From positions 2,162 through 66,161 of the IMG/VR virus record IMGVR_UViG_3300002220_000279: a stretch of 64,000 nt of DNA; one strand, given 5' to 3'. The stretch is from a virus. Its lineage: Duplodnaviria; Caudoviricetes. This document shows positions 20,995 to 31,646 of this stretch, piece by piece. Numbering within the stretch: position 1 is the first letter of the stretch; every line of letters begins with the position of its first letter. A program made the translations under genes and the position numbers. The notes below the pieces were generated by a model. That model ran no database searches and was not told the DNA's origin. It was given only the letters and a program-made list of their open reading frames with translations.

Positions 20995-22383
20995 ATGCAG
21001 AATGACAACGAAAGGGATATATCTCAAGAAAGATTAGATGATTATGGATATAATTTTATAGTCAAGTTGTTGAGAGTTCTAATTAACGATTTTGACCTAT
21101 ATTATCGTATTCACCAAATATTGGAACCAGAATATTTTACAAATTTCGCAGCGAAAAATGTATATGTGAAGATATCTAATTATTTTTCTGAATACGGAGC
21201 GCTTCCCAATATGGATAATTTGCAAGCATCTATTGCGGCGGAAACTGATGACTCTCGTAGAGAACAAATGATAGATTTTTTTACCGATATGCAAGAAATT
21301 ACGTTAGATTTCAATGAAGATAAATCTGTTTACGATGCAGCTCGCGGTTTTTGTGAAAGACAGAGTATGCACTCAGCATTATTAAAATCTGTAGAAATAC
21401 ACTTTCACAACAGAAATTATGGAGCTATACTGGAAGAAATAGAGCAAGCTATTATCCGCAACAATGCCACAGATTTTGGTATTGTGGGATTTAAAGATGT
21501 AAAAGCCATGTTAAAAAATATTAGAAATAACATTGTTCCGACAGGGTTTAAAGAGTTGGACAAGGTGTTAAATGGTGGAGTTGGCGGTCACGAATTAGCA
21601 ATTCTTTTTGGTCCTTATGGTAGTGGTAAGAGTCACTGGTTAGTTGCTCTGGCTTGTAATGCAATAAGAATGGGATACGATGTCACATTTTATACATTAG
21701 AAAATAGCGACAAGGTTACAAACGCAAGATTTCTATCCAATCTGACACAAATTGATATGGATACAATTTTGAACGAACCATCCCAACATGACAGGATAGA
21801 GCAAATAGTCACCCAAATGAAAAAAGAAGAGGGGTGGGGTGATTACATTATTCAGGAATTTCCATCATCTGGCACAACGGTCAATGACCTAAAAATGCAC
21901 AGAAAAAAACTTAAGTATATGAAATTTGAACCTCGTATTATCTTTATAGATTACTTGGATTTACTAACACCTATTAAAGAGCGTGGACAAACCTATACAG
22001 ACCAGGGAAAGGTAACTGTTGAAATAAGAGCTTGGACACAAGAGGAAGATATACCAATATGGAGTGTAACCCAATCTAATAAAGACAGTCTTGATGCATG
22101 TATGGTAACTGGGGGTATGGTAGCTGATTCAATGGGTAAGAATCGTGGTGTTGACTTATTGATGACACTATCTAATAGAAACTTATTGTTTATTGACAAA
22201 AGTAGGATTGGAGAATCTAAACTAGCATTTGAGATAACAAAAGATACTTCCACCAGTACATTTGAAGTTGGAGCTCCCAATAAAGAACAAGCAGAACAAA
22301 TTCTTAGCGGAGAAGTTCCAAACAAATTTACCAAACAAACGGTCAATAAATCAAAAATGCAAGACCTACTTGGAGAAATTTAA
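20995..22383 (+). CDS. dnaB: replicative DNA helicase, DnaB/gp41-like
   Basis: PTGFKELDKVLNGG, GPYGSGKS, YTLEN, IFIDYLDLL, WSVTQSN. Confidence 0.92.
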   Translation: MQNDNERDISQERLDDYGYNFIVKLLRVLINDFDLYYRIHQILEPEYFTNFAAKNVYVKISNYFSEYGALPNMDNLQASIAAETDDSRREQMIDFFTDMQEITLDFNEDKSVYDAARGFCERQSMHSALLKSVEIHFHNRNYGAILEEIEQAIIRNNATDFGIVGFKDVKAMLKNIRNNIVPTGFKELDKVLNGGVGGHELAILFGPYGSGKSHWLVALACNAIRMGYDVTFYTLENSDKVTNARFLSNLTQIDMDTILNEPSQHDRIEQIVTQMKKEEGWGDYIIQEFPSSGTTVNDLKMHRKKLKYMKFEPRIIFIDYLDLLTPIKERGQTYTDQGKVTVEIRAWTQEEDIPIWSVTQSNKDSLDACMVTGGMVADSMGKNRGVDLLMTLSNRNLLFIDKSRIGESKLAFEITKDTSTSTFEVGAPNKEQAEQILSGEVPNKFTKQTVNKSKMQDLLGEI

Positions 22384-22385
22384 TT

Positions 22386-22925
22386 ATGGACAAATATGAG
22401 AAAAATATAATAAACTCTATTTGGTTTTTAAGCAAGTGCAGTAATATTGATGATTATCTTGAATCTAAAAAGAATCTTGCATATAATTTCACCGCATTAT
22501 GCCAAATTATTAAAGAAATGAGTGAAAATCAAGATAGTCCGGATGATATAGAATCACAGACAAAGAGTATTAGATTTATGTATACTTTATACGGAACAGA
22601 GATACTCAAAAACATATCTGTATGCATTCGGGTAATATGGGAAAACGATAGAGCTAAATTTAATAATTACTTGTCAAGCATTGGTTATTTTTCTAATAAC
22701 GTTTATAGAACAAAGAAAGAAAGTCCTGTTGGATTACATTTAGAACATTTGACTACTTGTAAAAAATGGGTAGACAATATGGATTGTGCGTTTCCTAGAG
22801 AATTTATGGCACAGTTCCACACTGACCTACCCGAAATAGTAGACAATTTGTCTTATAGTAAAGTTAATGTATGTGCAGTATTGAAAATATTCTTATTCTG
22901 CCTGTTTATCGGAGATTTCAAGTAG
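22386..22925 (+). CDS. hypothetical protein
   Basis: 179-aa ORF ending TAG; 3' end overlaps the convergent rmlD end. Confidence 0.6.
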   Translation: MDKYEKNIINSIWFLSKCSNIDDYLESKKNLAYNFTALCQIIKEMSENQDSPDDIESQTKSIRFMYTLYGTEILKNISVCIRVIWENDRAKFNNYLSSIGYFSNNVYRTKKESPVGLHLEHLTTCKKWVDNMDCAFPREFMAQFHTDLPEIVDNLSYSKVNVCAVLKIFLFCLFIGDFK

Positions 22926-23768
22926 TTTAGCATCAATTAATTTATTGATATCATTTTGAAGCGTTATTTTCCAATTATCTTCATTTTCAAATAGCGCTTC
23001 AATTTTTTTTGTACTCAATACAGAATATTTTGGGCGAAGCGGGAATTGTTGATAATCAGAATACGTTGTTGGCTCTATTATACATGGAGTAGCCGATAAC
23101 CTCTTTATTTCACTTACGTAGTCAAATGCACTAGCGGGATTATTGCTTACCACATTATAAAGGCTATTACCATCAATTTCAATGAATCTCTCAATAGCTT
23201 TGGCAAGTGTAGATGACGAGGTGGGGACACTTATCATGTCAACAGGAGATACAATTTTATCTTTGGTCGATAAAAGGTTAATCATATTGGTCAAGAAATT
23301 TTCTTTTTGATATCCAAACAGTCACGATGTGCGTAGAATAAGATAATTCCTTAGCATAGACATGATAACTTGCTCTCCCATCACTTTAGATAGTCCATAG
23401 TGATTGATAGGAGCGCAAATGTCATATTCTGTGTATGGAGAGCTTTTGTCTCCCCAGAATACGAAATTGGTTGATATATGGATAAGTTTAATGTGGTCAT
23501 TATCCGATATTGCGGAGCAAATGTTTTTAACTCCCCAATGGTTAATGTTTGAACATTCTTTTTTCTCGGTTTGTGCTTTGGTTACATCGGTATATGCGGC
23601 ACAATTGATAATTATGTTGGGTGAATATTCGCCAACACAAGATTTAATTTGCTGATAATTAGTAATATCGCATTGTGACTTGTCTAAAAATACTCAATCA
23701 TTCTTGAAAAACTCCCGTTCTTGTAGGGTTTTTCCTAATAATCCATTACTTCCTAATACTATGTTCAT
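22893..23768 (-). CDS. rmlD: dTDP-4-dehydrorhamnose reductase, 291 aa, TGA=Trp at 23694 and 23322
   Basis: VLGSNGLLG, CDIT, IINCAAYTDV, IHISTNFVF, YGLSKVMGE, ILRTS[TGA]LFG, RPKYSVL. Confidence 0.92.
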
Positions 23769-23814
23769 TTTTACCGCCTATTACTTTATATAATAACTCA
23801 GATTTTATTTAGCA

Positions 23815-23828
23815 TAACTATATAGTTA
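23815..23828. promoter_or_regulatory. 14-bp palindrome TAACTATATAGTTA, candidate bidirectional late promoter
   Basis: Perfect palindrome between divergent rmlD (-) and the 23843 gene (+). Confidence 0.45.
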
Positions 23829-23842
23829 AAAGGTATATAAAA

Positions 23843-24217
23843 ATGATTAAGAACTTAGAAATTAAAATTCCGCTAACTATTAAAAAAATAAATTTTGGTT
23901 CTCAAGGCAATACATATCTTTTCAGATTCTTTGACACGTTTCCTTTCAGACAGATTAATTTAGTGGAAGAGGGATTTGATAATGTTATTTTCACAGCGGT
24001 AAATTCAGACGATGAAAGCCAACTACTATTTAAATCAACCGTAGAGTTAAGTGGCTCTTTGTCATCAAGTATGACGGCAGACATACCATTGGTCCTAGAG
24101 AGGGAACACTTAAAGCGTGGAACTGCCGACCTTTCTATAGAAATTAATTCTTTGTCAGGTTCTTCCATTACATGTAAATACAAGCAATATTTCCCAAGAC
24201 TTATCAATATAGTATAA
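23843..24217 (+). CDS. hypothetical protein
   Basis: 124-aa ORF, AAAGG upstream. Confidence 0.6.
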   Translation: MIKNLEIKIPLTIKKINFGSQGNTYLFRFFDTFPFRQINLVEEGFDNVIFTAVNSDDESQLLFKSTVELSGSLSSSMTADIPLVLEREHLKRGTADLSIEINSLSGSSITCKYKQYFPRLINIV

Positions 24218-24238
24218 ATTTTTCATAAAGGGTTCACA

Positions 24239-26395
24239 ATGTTTAGTAAAAACTTTTTAAAAGAAGATTGACTTACAGACAAGCATAAAAGAGAATATTT
24301 AATCGGAGTTAGTTCCGAAATTATCAAGATGGTTAACAAAAAACAATCATATGGTGAGATAATTGAATGACCGTGGGCGAATAAACAGAAATACCCTGCT
24401 ATACTTTATACCCCAGACCCCCTAACAAAACACAGCACATACCTTTTAATATTAATTGTTCCTAAAAGCGCCAGTATAGATTCTGCAGGTGGATTTAGCG
24501 TAAAGGGAAATTACATTATTGTATATTTGTATGTTGACGATATAATTTACAATAATTTCAAAAAAAATAACAAAGGTGTTAGTTCAGACGGATGGAGCAA
24601 TTTAATAAGTCGCTCTATAAAAGATGACAACAAAGAGTATTTCGACAGTGCATTATACCATGAATTAGAACATTGGTATGATTATCATATAAATAAGTTT
24701 AATTTTAATGCATATAAATACGGCATGATTGATGATAAGGTTACTCCCCAACAATTAAGTGCTTATCACATACAGCCATTAGAATATAATGCCTATTACG
24801 GCAACTTTATTCGAGATTTAGAATCGCTAATTAGAGAACTTAAAGAAGAAAGTGGAAGGGAAAGTGAGTTTGTAAAAAAGATGGATTCAACGCCATTTAA
24901 CGATTTTGTAAATATTGTCGATGCTATGACAAAGGGTGACAACGCTCCCCTATTTTATCATTCAGAATTCTGGAATACCATTTTACACAACGCATATTGA
25001 AAAAAGAAAACCCTTAAACGATTATATGGGTGGTATAAAAACGTTTTCCCACAGATTATAGCAGAGAGACGAAACATTACTTACACTCCATACGAAATAA
25101 AAACACAAGTTCATTATTATATGTCAATAAAAAAACAAAGTTATAAAAGTGATGCAACCAAATACGGATATCCTGATAAATTTTTACTTGCTATCGATAA
25201 AGATTTTAATGATTTTGACGAGAATAGAAAGAATTTTATCATCAACAATAAATTGGCAGAATTAGTTCCTAATAAAAATTATGACCCAAATGGGGAGAAT
25301 TTTGATGAGTGGTGGAACGTTAACTATAAGAATGTATGGCTCTATACTAAAAAGGGTGAAGAATTTGCCGATATGGATGAGGAGATATTGCCTAGTTATG
25401 CGTTGTTATCAGAATCTCCCATACCATCTTATCACGGAGGACCAAATGCTTTTGACAAATTTGATGCGTATTATATTAATACTGGTGAACAGGCTCAAGC
25501 GTTTGGATGAGGGTTATATTTTACCAGTAATCCTAAAATAGCGGAAGATTATGCTATTAAACTTGGTAGTTTTAGAAAATTTAAGATGACCCTTAATGGA
25601 GTAGATATATTAGACAACCCCAATTGAGTTAATACTATAAGTAATTATTACATATCTCATTATGGTCAACCAGATTTAGATGAACAAGATATATACGCTG
25701 CAACACATGTTTATATGAATTACTTTATAGAGTTTATTTATCGGGCATCTACTAAAACTGTTAACCAGGCTTTAAAGGACACGGATGACATAATTAGTAA
25801 TAGTTTTGAGCTTGCTGAATCCATTGAGGGAGATTACCATTCTGCTCGCGAATATGTTAGAGGTCTAGAAAACATTATTCGTAATAAAGAAATTAAAATT
25901 TTTAGACAGAAACCAAACATCAGAAATGTTTATCACGTAACTCTATGACCAGATAAAGAGCCTAATTTGTTATCTTGGACAGAAAAACCTACTGAACAAC
26001 AATTTGTTACTATTTTTAACGAGTGGAAAAAAAGTGGGTTACAGTATCCGCTTAAAACGGTAGAAGAGTGAGAAAAGGATGGAGTGCCGTTAAAAGACTA
26101 TAACGATGGAATGAATGATAATGATTGGGTAATAAATATTCCACACGGATATAATAGTATGCAACCCTCTCTGCCATCTGGCTTATTGGTGTTTAATAAT
26201 GGAGAGAATCTTTATAAAATAATAGAATCAGCCCTTAATTCGCCAATGGAAGCGAGTCATTTGTTATTAAGAGCTGGAATAGATGGAATAGTATATCCAT
26301 CGGGTATAGTAAGTGGTTATCGGGGAGAAATGGGTCAAAATTTTGTAGTATTTGACGACAATCAAATAAGAATAGAGCGAAACAAACAATTCTAA
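24239..26395 (+). CDS. multidomain zincin-like metallopeptidase + ADP-ribosyltransferase-like (polyvalent-protein type), 718 aa, seven TGA=Trp
   Basis: TGA at 24269, 24368, 24998, 25508, 25625, 25946, 26069 all in one frame; ALYHELEH; SYHGG..FDKF...GEQAQAFG[TGA]GLYFTSN; LRAGIDGIVY...NFVVFDDNQI. Confidence 0.85.
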
Positions 26396-26453
26396 TAACA
26401 TAAATTGATATGGAGTTATTTTATATAAAAAGAATAAGCATAGCGAGGTTTAA

Positions 26454-28451
26454 ATGCAAGAAACACTACTAATTACTGGGGGAGCTGGGTTCATAGGACA
26501 TCATTTCGTAGAACACTGGCTAAGGAATACTGATTGAAATATTGTTGTATTTGATAAACTGTCTTATGCATCAATGGGATTAAGCAGGTTAAGAGATATC
26601 AACGCAATTAATAATCCGAGAGTGAAAATTTTTACTAACGATATCAGAATGGATATTTCTGATGGGATTGTTAAAGAAATTGCCAACGAAATAACTTATA
26701 TCGCACATCTAGCAGCTGAAACACACGTGGATAAAAGCATACTGGACCCTAAATTGTTTGTTGAAACTAATGTATTGGGAACGTTTAACGTTTTAGAATT
26801 TGCTAAAAAATGTCCAAACCTTAAAGCATTTAATTATTTCAGCACAGATGAAGTGTATGGTCCTGCCCCAGACGGAATACTTTTCAAAGAATCTGATGGA
26901 TTAAATTGCACAAACCCTTATTCCGCTAGCAAGGCGGGAGGGCAGGAATTAGCCAGCTCTTTTGCCAATACCTACAATATGCCTTTGTTTATCAGCAACT
27001 GTCATTCTGAAGATACGCTCTGTTGGTCAAAAAATGGATTTGTGTCTGTAGATAATTTAAAAGTTGGAGATGAGGTATACACCCTTAATGACAAACAAGA
27101 GATAGAGTTAAATAAAATTGATAATATTATTCAATATGATTATATTGGAGATATGATAAACCTTGAGGGAAATTCATATTCTCAATTAGTGACTCCGGAG
27201 CATAGAGTGTTGACAAAAAAAAGATATGGGGAAAAACAATATACAGCTAAATACGCCATAGACTTGTTAAATATTGGGAGAGCAGAACGGCATTATGTTC
27301 CTACAAGCGGGAAATGGTCGCGTGGCAAGAGGGATAGTGTAAATATAAAAAAGAGTATTCGTTTTTGTAAATTTCACTACAACTCTAAAGATATACCAGA
27401 CACACTAAACACTTATGATTTATTTGAATTTTTGGGATGGTTTATATCGGAAGGCGGGTCAAATGACCGTGGAGGATTTAAAATTTCGCAAAGAAATGCT
27501 AGAAATAAAAAGAATATAATAAAGTGTATTGAAAGATTAGGATTTTCTTATGGATTAAATTCTGATGACATTCAGATGAATTCGGTTAAGTTTTGTAAAT
27601 TTTTAAAACAATTCGGCAGGAATTCTAGCGAAAAACAAATACCAAGATGGGTATTAGAATACGATGTTAGATATTTGGAAAGGTTGTTTCATTCGTTGAT
27701 GCTTGGAGATGGAACTCGCGTTAGAAGAGGTTGGAGGTATTACTCTAAATCTAAAGAATTGTGTAACCAGGTTGCAGAATTGTCAATTAAATTGGGGTAT
27801 TCTGCAAATGTCAAATCGAGAAAATGTTTAAATCCGTCAAAGACGTGTGAGAGTATTCAATATTATACTAATATTTGCAAATCTAAGAGTAGTTTGGAAA
27901 AAAGTAATATATCGATTCAAAAGTATAGAGGTAAAGTATGGTGTCTGAAAGTTAAAAATGGTAATTTTTTCGTACAACGTAATGGAAAAATATGTTGCTC
28001 CGGGAACTGCATGAATGTTTTCGGAGAAAGACAACATCCCGAAAAATTTGTTATAAAGTGTATAGCGAAAATTCTGCGTGGTGAAACAATTTATATACAC
28101 GCTAATAATGATTATCAGATAGGAACTCGCAATTATATACACGCAAGAAACGTAGCGAAAGCCATAGAGTTTTTGTTTACAAATTTTAACGTTAACGAAA
28201 GGTATAACATTAATGGAGAAAAGGAAGTTAACAATTTAGATATGCTTAAGTTTATTGCTGGCATTATTGGTAAAGAACCAAAATATGAAATAGTAAATTT
28301 TGTAGAAGAAAGACCTGGACACGATTTCAGGTATGCATTGGATGGCAGTAAAATGGAAAATATGGGGTGGTCCATTCCGATGCAATTTGAACAATCACTA
28401 ATGAAAACTGTGCAGTGGACACTAGCGCACCAAGAATGACTACAGGAGTAG
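26454..28451 (+). CDS. rmlB: dTDP-glucose 4,6-dehydratase with intein; TGA=Trp at 26535 and 28437
   Basis: ITGGAGFIG, TD[TGA]NIVVFDKL, HLAAETHVD, STDEVYG, PYSASK, MNVFGERQHPEKF, RPGHDFRYALD, WTLAHQE[TGA]LQE*. Confidence 0.9.
27000..28007 (+). mobile_element. intein (336 aa) with LAGLIDADG homing endonuclease
   Basis: Starts CHSEDT; VTPEHRVL block B; FLGWFISEG and LMLGDG motifs; ends FFVQRNGKICCSGN with +1 Cys. Confidence 0.9.
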
Positions 28452-28455
28452 TGTT

Positions 28456-28959
28456 ATGATACTATATCGTACAAAAGAAAGACAGCAAACGCACAAAATT
28501 ATTGAAAAGATATTAAAGAATCCTAAATGTGATTATTATTTGTTTCCTAGACAATATGGAATAACCACAGCCATGATTAATTTAGTTAATCAGGGTAACG
28601 GTAAGTATGGATATTTAGGAAGACAGGTAAATTGTAATGGACTAAACCACAAGTTATTTTATTCAAGTTTCCAACCCTTAATTAGGGACCACATGGTGGG
28701 CGGAGAATCTTTTGATATATTGTTTATCGACAATCGTTATTGGATTTGGGACAAACCTTTAACAGATTTTGAGATTCAAAAATTGAGTATAGTGGCAAAA
28801 AAAATAGTGTTTGTAGCTACTATAGAATTCGATGGAATTAGCAATATAAATATTCCAAAAAACAAGTCTTTACAAATAATTCAATTCTCTGCAGACGATG
28901 ATAATGACTATATGGAGTTATTATCTGAGTGGGAAAAACAACAAGGAGAACAAGATTAA
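28456..28959 (+). CDS. hypothetical protein with degenerate terminase-like P-loop
   Basis: LFPRQYGITT (cf. RQxGKT) and ILFIDN. Confidence 0.4.
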   Translation: MILYRTKERQQTHKIIEKILKNPKCDYYLFPRQYGITTAMINLVNQGNGKYGYLGRQVNCNGLNHKLFYSSFQPLIRDHMVGGESFDILFIDNRYWIWDKPLTDFEIQKLSIVAKKIVFVATIEFDGISNINIPKNKSLQIIQFSADDDNDYMELLSEWEKQQGEQD

Positions 28960-30314
28960 TGAAATTCTCAACCGATTTTTGGCAGGAAGTCCTATATTAC
29001 AAGGATAAATGTTTAACAAACAACATCCCTATTACCGTTGATGGTATTATGGATGAGTTTGAGTTATCTAACCGAATAGCATCCGGTGTATATCAAATGA
29101 TTGATAATGTAGAATTTATTCGCGAAGCACTTGTCGGTCCAGAGCCACAAAGTTACAGAAGTATGGATTCAGATACATTTGACTTTGATGATGGGGATTC
29201 TTTATTGGATGAGTCGTCTGATGAAGAACTAATTGCCGCTAACGTAAAGTATAAAAAGCAAACTCAAAGATTTGCAGATGTAAACCGTATTGAAAGAAAG
29301 TCATTCCGGGAATACGCAAGGGTAGAGAACGCATTAGTAGAATTAGATAGAGAATTATTGGAAGTTTTATCTAAGCGTCAAGTATTTCCCGATTTCCAAA
29401 TTGTCTCTCATCCACACAATGATAAAATGGGGGCTGTTGGAATTGTTCACTTGACTGACTTACATTTCAATGAGTTAGTAGATATAGCAGTTAACAAATA
29501 TGATTTTAAAGTGGCATCTAAAAGATTGCGCAAATTCATTGGAGCATCCATTAAATATTTCCAAACAGAAAATATTGAAAATGTATTTGTAGCAATGACG
29601 GGTGACTTACTGAACAATGACAATCTTCTGGACAAAATCCTTAATCAGGCATCCAATAGGGCAAAAGCCATTTTCCTGGCTCATAAATTGTTATCTCAAG
29701 CGTTTGTTGATTTAATGCAACACTTTCATCTGACCGTTGCAGGGGTAACAGGTAACGAAACAAGAATTAAGGGTGATGTTACGTTTGATACTAATATCTC
29801 ATCCGATAACTTTGATTTTATGCTTTACAATATGTTGTATGCTACATTCAGTAATTGTGAACGAATCTCGTTTGTGGGCGGACACGATACCGAAATGGTT
29901 GTAGAAGTGGCAGGTCAAAACGTTCTACTCATACATGGTCATCAAAGAAAGATTATGTCTAGTGTGACATCGGGAGTTCAGCAAATTATAGGCAAATATG
30001 CGCAGCGTGGAATTATAATTCATTTCGTTATATTCGGTCACTTGCACGAAGCTTATATTGCTGATATATTTGCCAGAAGTTCATCTATGGTAGGAGCAAA
30101 TGCATATAGCGAAGACGGTTTGCAGTTGGCAAGTAGAGCTAGCCAAAATCTTCACATATTCTACAAAGATGGTAGCAGAAATACTATTAGGGTGGATTTG
30201 CAGAACGTAAATGGCATAGATGGATATGAAATCGATGAAGATTTAGAATCATATAACGCTAAATCAATTGACAAGTTACACGAAAACACAGTAATATTCC
30301 AAGTTATAATATAA
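28959..30314 (+). CDS. calcineurin-like metallophosphoesterase
   Basis: HLTDLHF, MTGDLL, GNE, IHGH, FGHLH; TAATG-coupled start. Confidence 0.85.
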   Translation: MKFSTDFWQEVLYYKDKCLTNNIPITVDGIMDEFELSNRIASGVYQMIDNVEFIREALVGPEPQSYRSMDSDTFDFDDGDSLLDESSDEELIAANVKYKKQTQRFADVNRIERKSFREYARVENALVELDRELLEVLSKRQVFPDFQIVSHPHNDKMGAVGIVHLTDLHFNELVDIAVNKYDFKVASKRLRKFIGASIKYFQTENIENVFVAMTGDLLNNDNLLDKILNQASNRAKAIFLAHKLLSQAFVDLMQHFHLTVAGVTGNETRIKGDVTFDTNISSDNFDFMLYNMLYATFSNCERISFVGGHDTEMVVEVAGQNVLLIHGHQRKIMSSVTSGVQQIIGKYAQRGIIIHFVIFGHLHEAYIADIFARSSSMVGANAYSEDGLQLASRASQNLHIFYKDGSRNTIRVDLQNVNGIDGYEIDEDLESYNAKSIDKLHENTVIFQVII

Positions 30315-30323
30315 ATATAATTC

Positions 30324-30351
30324 TTGCTTTTTAAGATTTGTTGATTATATT
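30324..30351 (+). promoter_or_regulatory. early-type promoter TTGCTT-N16-TATATT upstream of the sigma gene
   Basis: Same motif and spacing as the repeated promoters at 34.7-57.9 kb. Confidence 0.65.
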
Positions 30352-30378
30352 AAGAGTATATTGAAAAAGGAATAGAGG

Positions 30379-31041
30379 ATGTTTATGACTAGAGCAGAAA
30401 ATCTTAATGAATTAATAAGGCAGTATAAGAAAAACCCTAGCGACAAAAACTTTGAAACAATTTATAAAGCAATGTTGCCGGCTATTCAAGATGTATTGTG
30501 GAAAAAATTGGGACTAACTAAAAAACAATATGTTAGGTATCGAGATGATATCCACCAACAGGCAGTTGTGGCTCTCCATAAAGCACTGAAAAAGGTAGAG
30601 CCCGGTCCTGGGTCAACTACTTTTGTATATTTGCGTGAATATATTAGGGGAACGGTCCACAATTTTATGCCGAGACTTACGGATTCAACTCCACCGAATC
30701 GCGATATGCTGTCTCATAAAACGAATAGTTCGTATTATTCTCACCATTTTGGTGTAGATAAGCCAGTTAATTTAGACAATGACATGGATACATCTAATAC
30801 AAGGGATGTTTGCACTAACAGTCCTAACCACACCGTACAGTGGTTTGATACGTATATGCAAAAGAACCTGTCATCAAAACATTATAAGATATTCAGAAAC
30901 TATTATGTGGACAGAATGAGTATGCAGGAAATAGCGAATAAGCATGGTGTAACGAGACAGGCAATATCCCTTTGTATGAAACATCACATAGAGCCAACCA
31001 TTAACAATGCTAAACAACTAACTCATATTTGGAGTATGTAA
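30379..31041 (+). CDS. phage RNA polymerase sigma factor (sigma70 family)
   Basis: Region-2-like QQAVVALHKALKK...FVYLREYIRG and region-4 HTH MSMQEIANKHGVTRQAIS. Confidence 0.8.
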   Translation: MFMTRAENLNELIRQYKKNPSDKNFETIYKAMLPAIQDVLWKKLGLTKKQYVRYRDDIHQQAVVALHKALKKVEPGPGSTTFVYLREYIRGTVHNFMPRLTDSTPPNRDMLSHKTNSSYYSHHFGVDKPVNLDNDMDTSNTRDVCTNSPNHTVQWFDTYMQKNLSSKHYKIFRNYYVDRMSMQEIANKHGVTRQAISLCMKHHIEPTINNAKQLTHIWSM

Positions 31042-31628
31042 TGCTAGAAAAAGATAAATATAGTTTAAGTAAACTTAACCATGATATCACATTAATCGGT
31101 TTTTCAGGTAAAAACGGTAGTGGAAAAACTACAGTGGCAACAGAATTATCTAAAATATTTACTGAGAATATGAGGATAATGTCCGAAAAAATTTCATTTG
31201 CAAGTGCTGTAAAGGACTGTGCTAGGCGGTTTTTCTTTTGGAACGGAGAGAAAGACATTGAGGGGAGACATTTGTTGCAGTGGCTCGGAACTGATGTAGG
31301 TAGAGTGTATGATGAAAATATATGGGTAAAACATCTCGTGTTAACAATTGAAAAAATATCCTTATATTACTATGATGTCTCTAAATTAATAATTATTGTT
31401 GATGATGTTAGGTTCGATAACGAAGCGAAATGGATAAGAAATTGTGGAGGACACGTATTCCAGATTAAGCGCCATTGTGAGACACAATTAGAAAACCATG
31501 CATCTGAACAGGGAATAAGTCCTACACTTATTACTGAGATTCTAGATATGGATAATATATTCAGCGTTCCCTTTGATGCTGCCCACTACATAATAACTGC
31601 ATATTTTAAAGAATTATACGATAAATAA
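31041..31628 (+). CDS. deoxynucleoside monophosphate kinase
   Basis: GFSGKNGSGKTT, SFASAVKD, RHLLQWLGTDVGR, IVDDVRFDNEA. Confidence 0.88.
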   Translation: MLEKDKYSLSKLNHDITLIGFSGKNGSGKTTVATELSKIFTENMRIMSEKISFASAVKDCARRFFFWNGEKDIEGRHLLQWLGTDVGRVYDENIWVKHLVLTIEKISLYYYDVSKLIIIVDDVRFDNEAKWIRNCGGHVFQIKRHCETQLENHASEQGISPTLITEILDMDNIFSVPFDAAHYIITAYFKELYDK

Positions 31629-31646
31629 TAAAAGTAAGGATTACAA

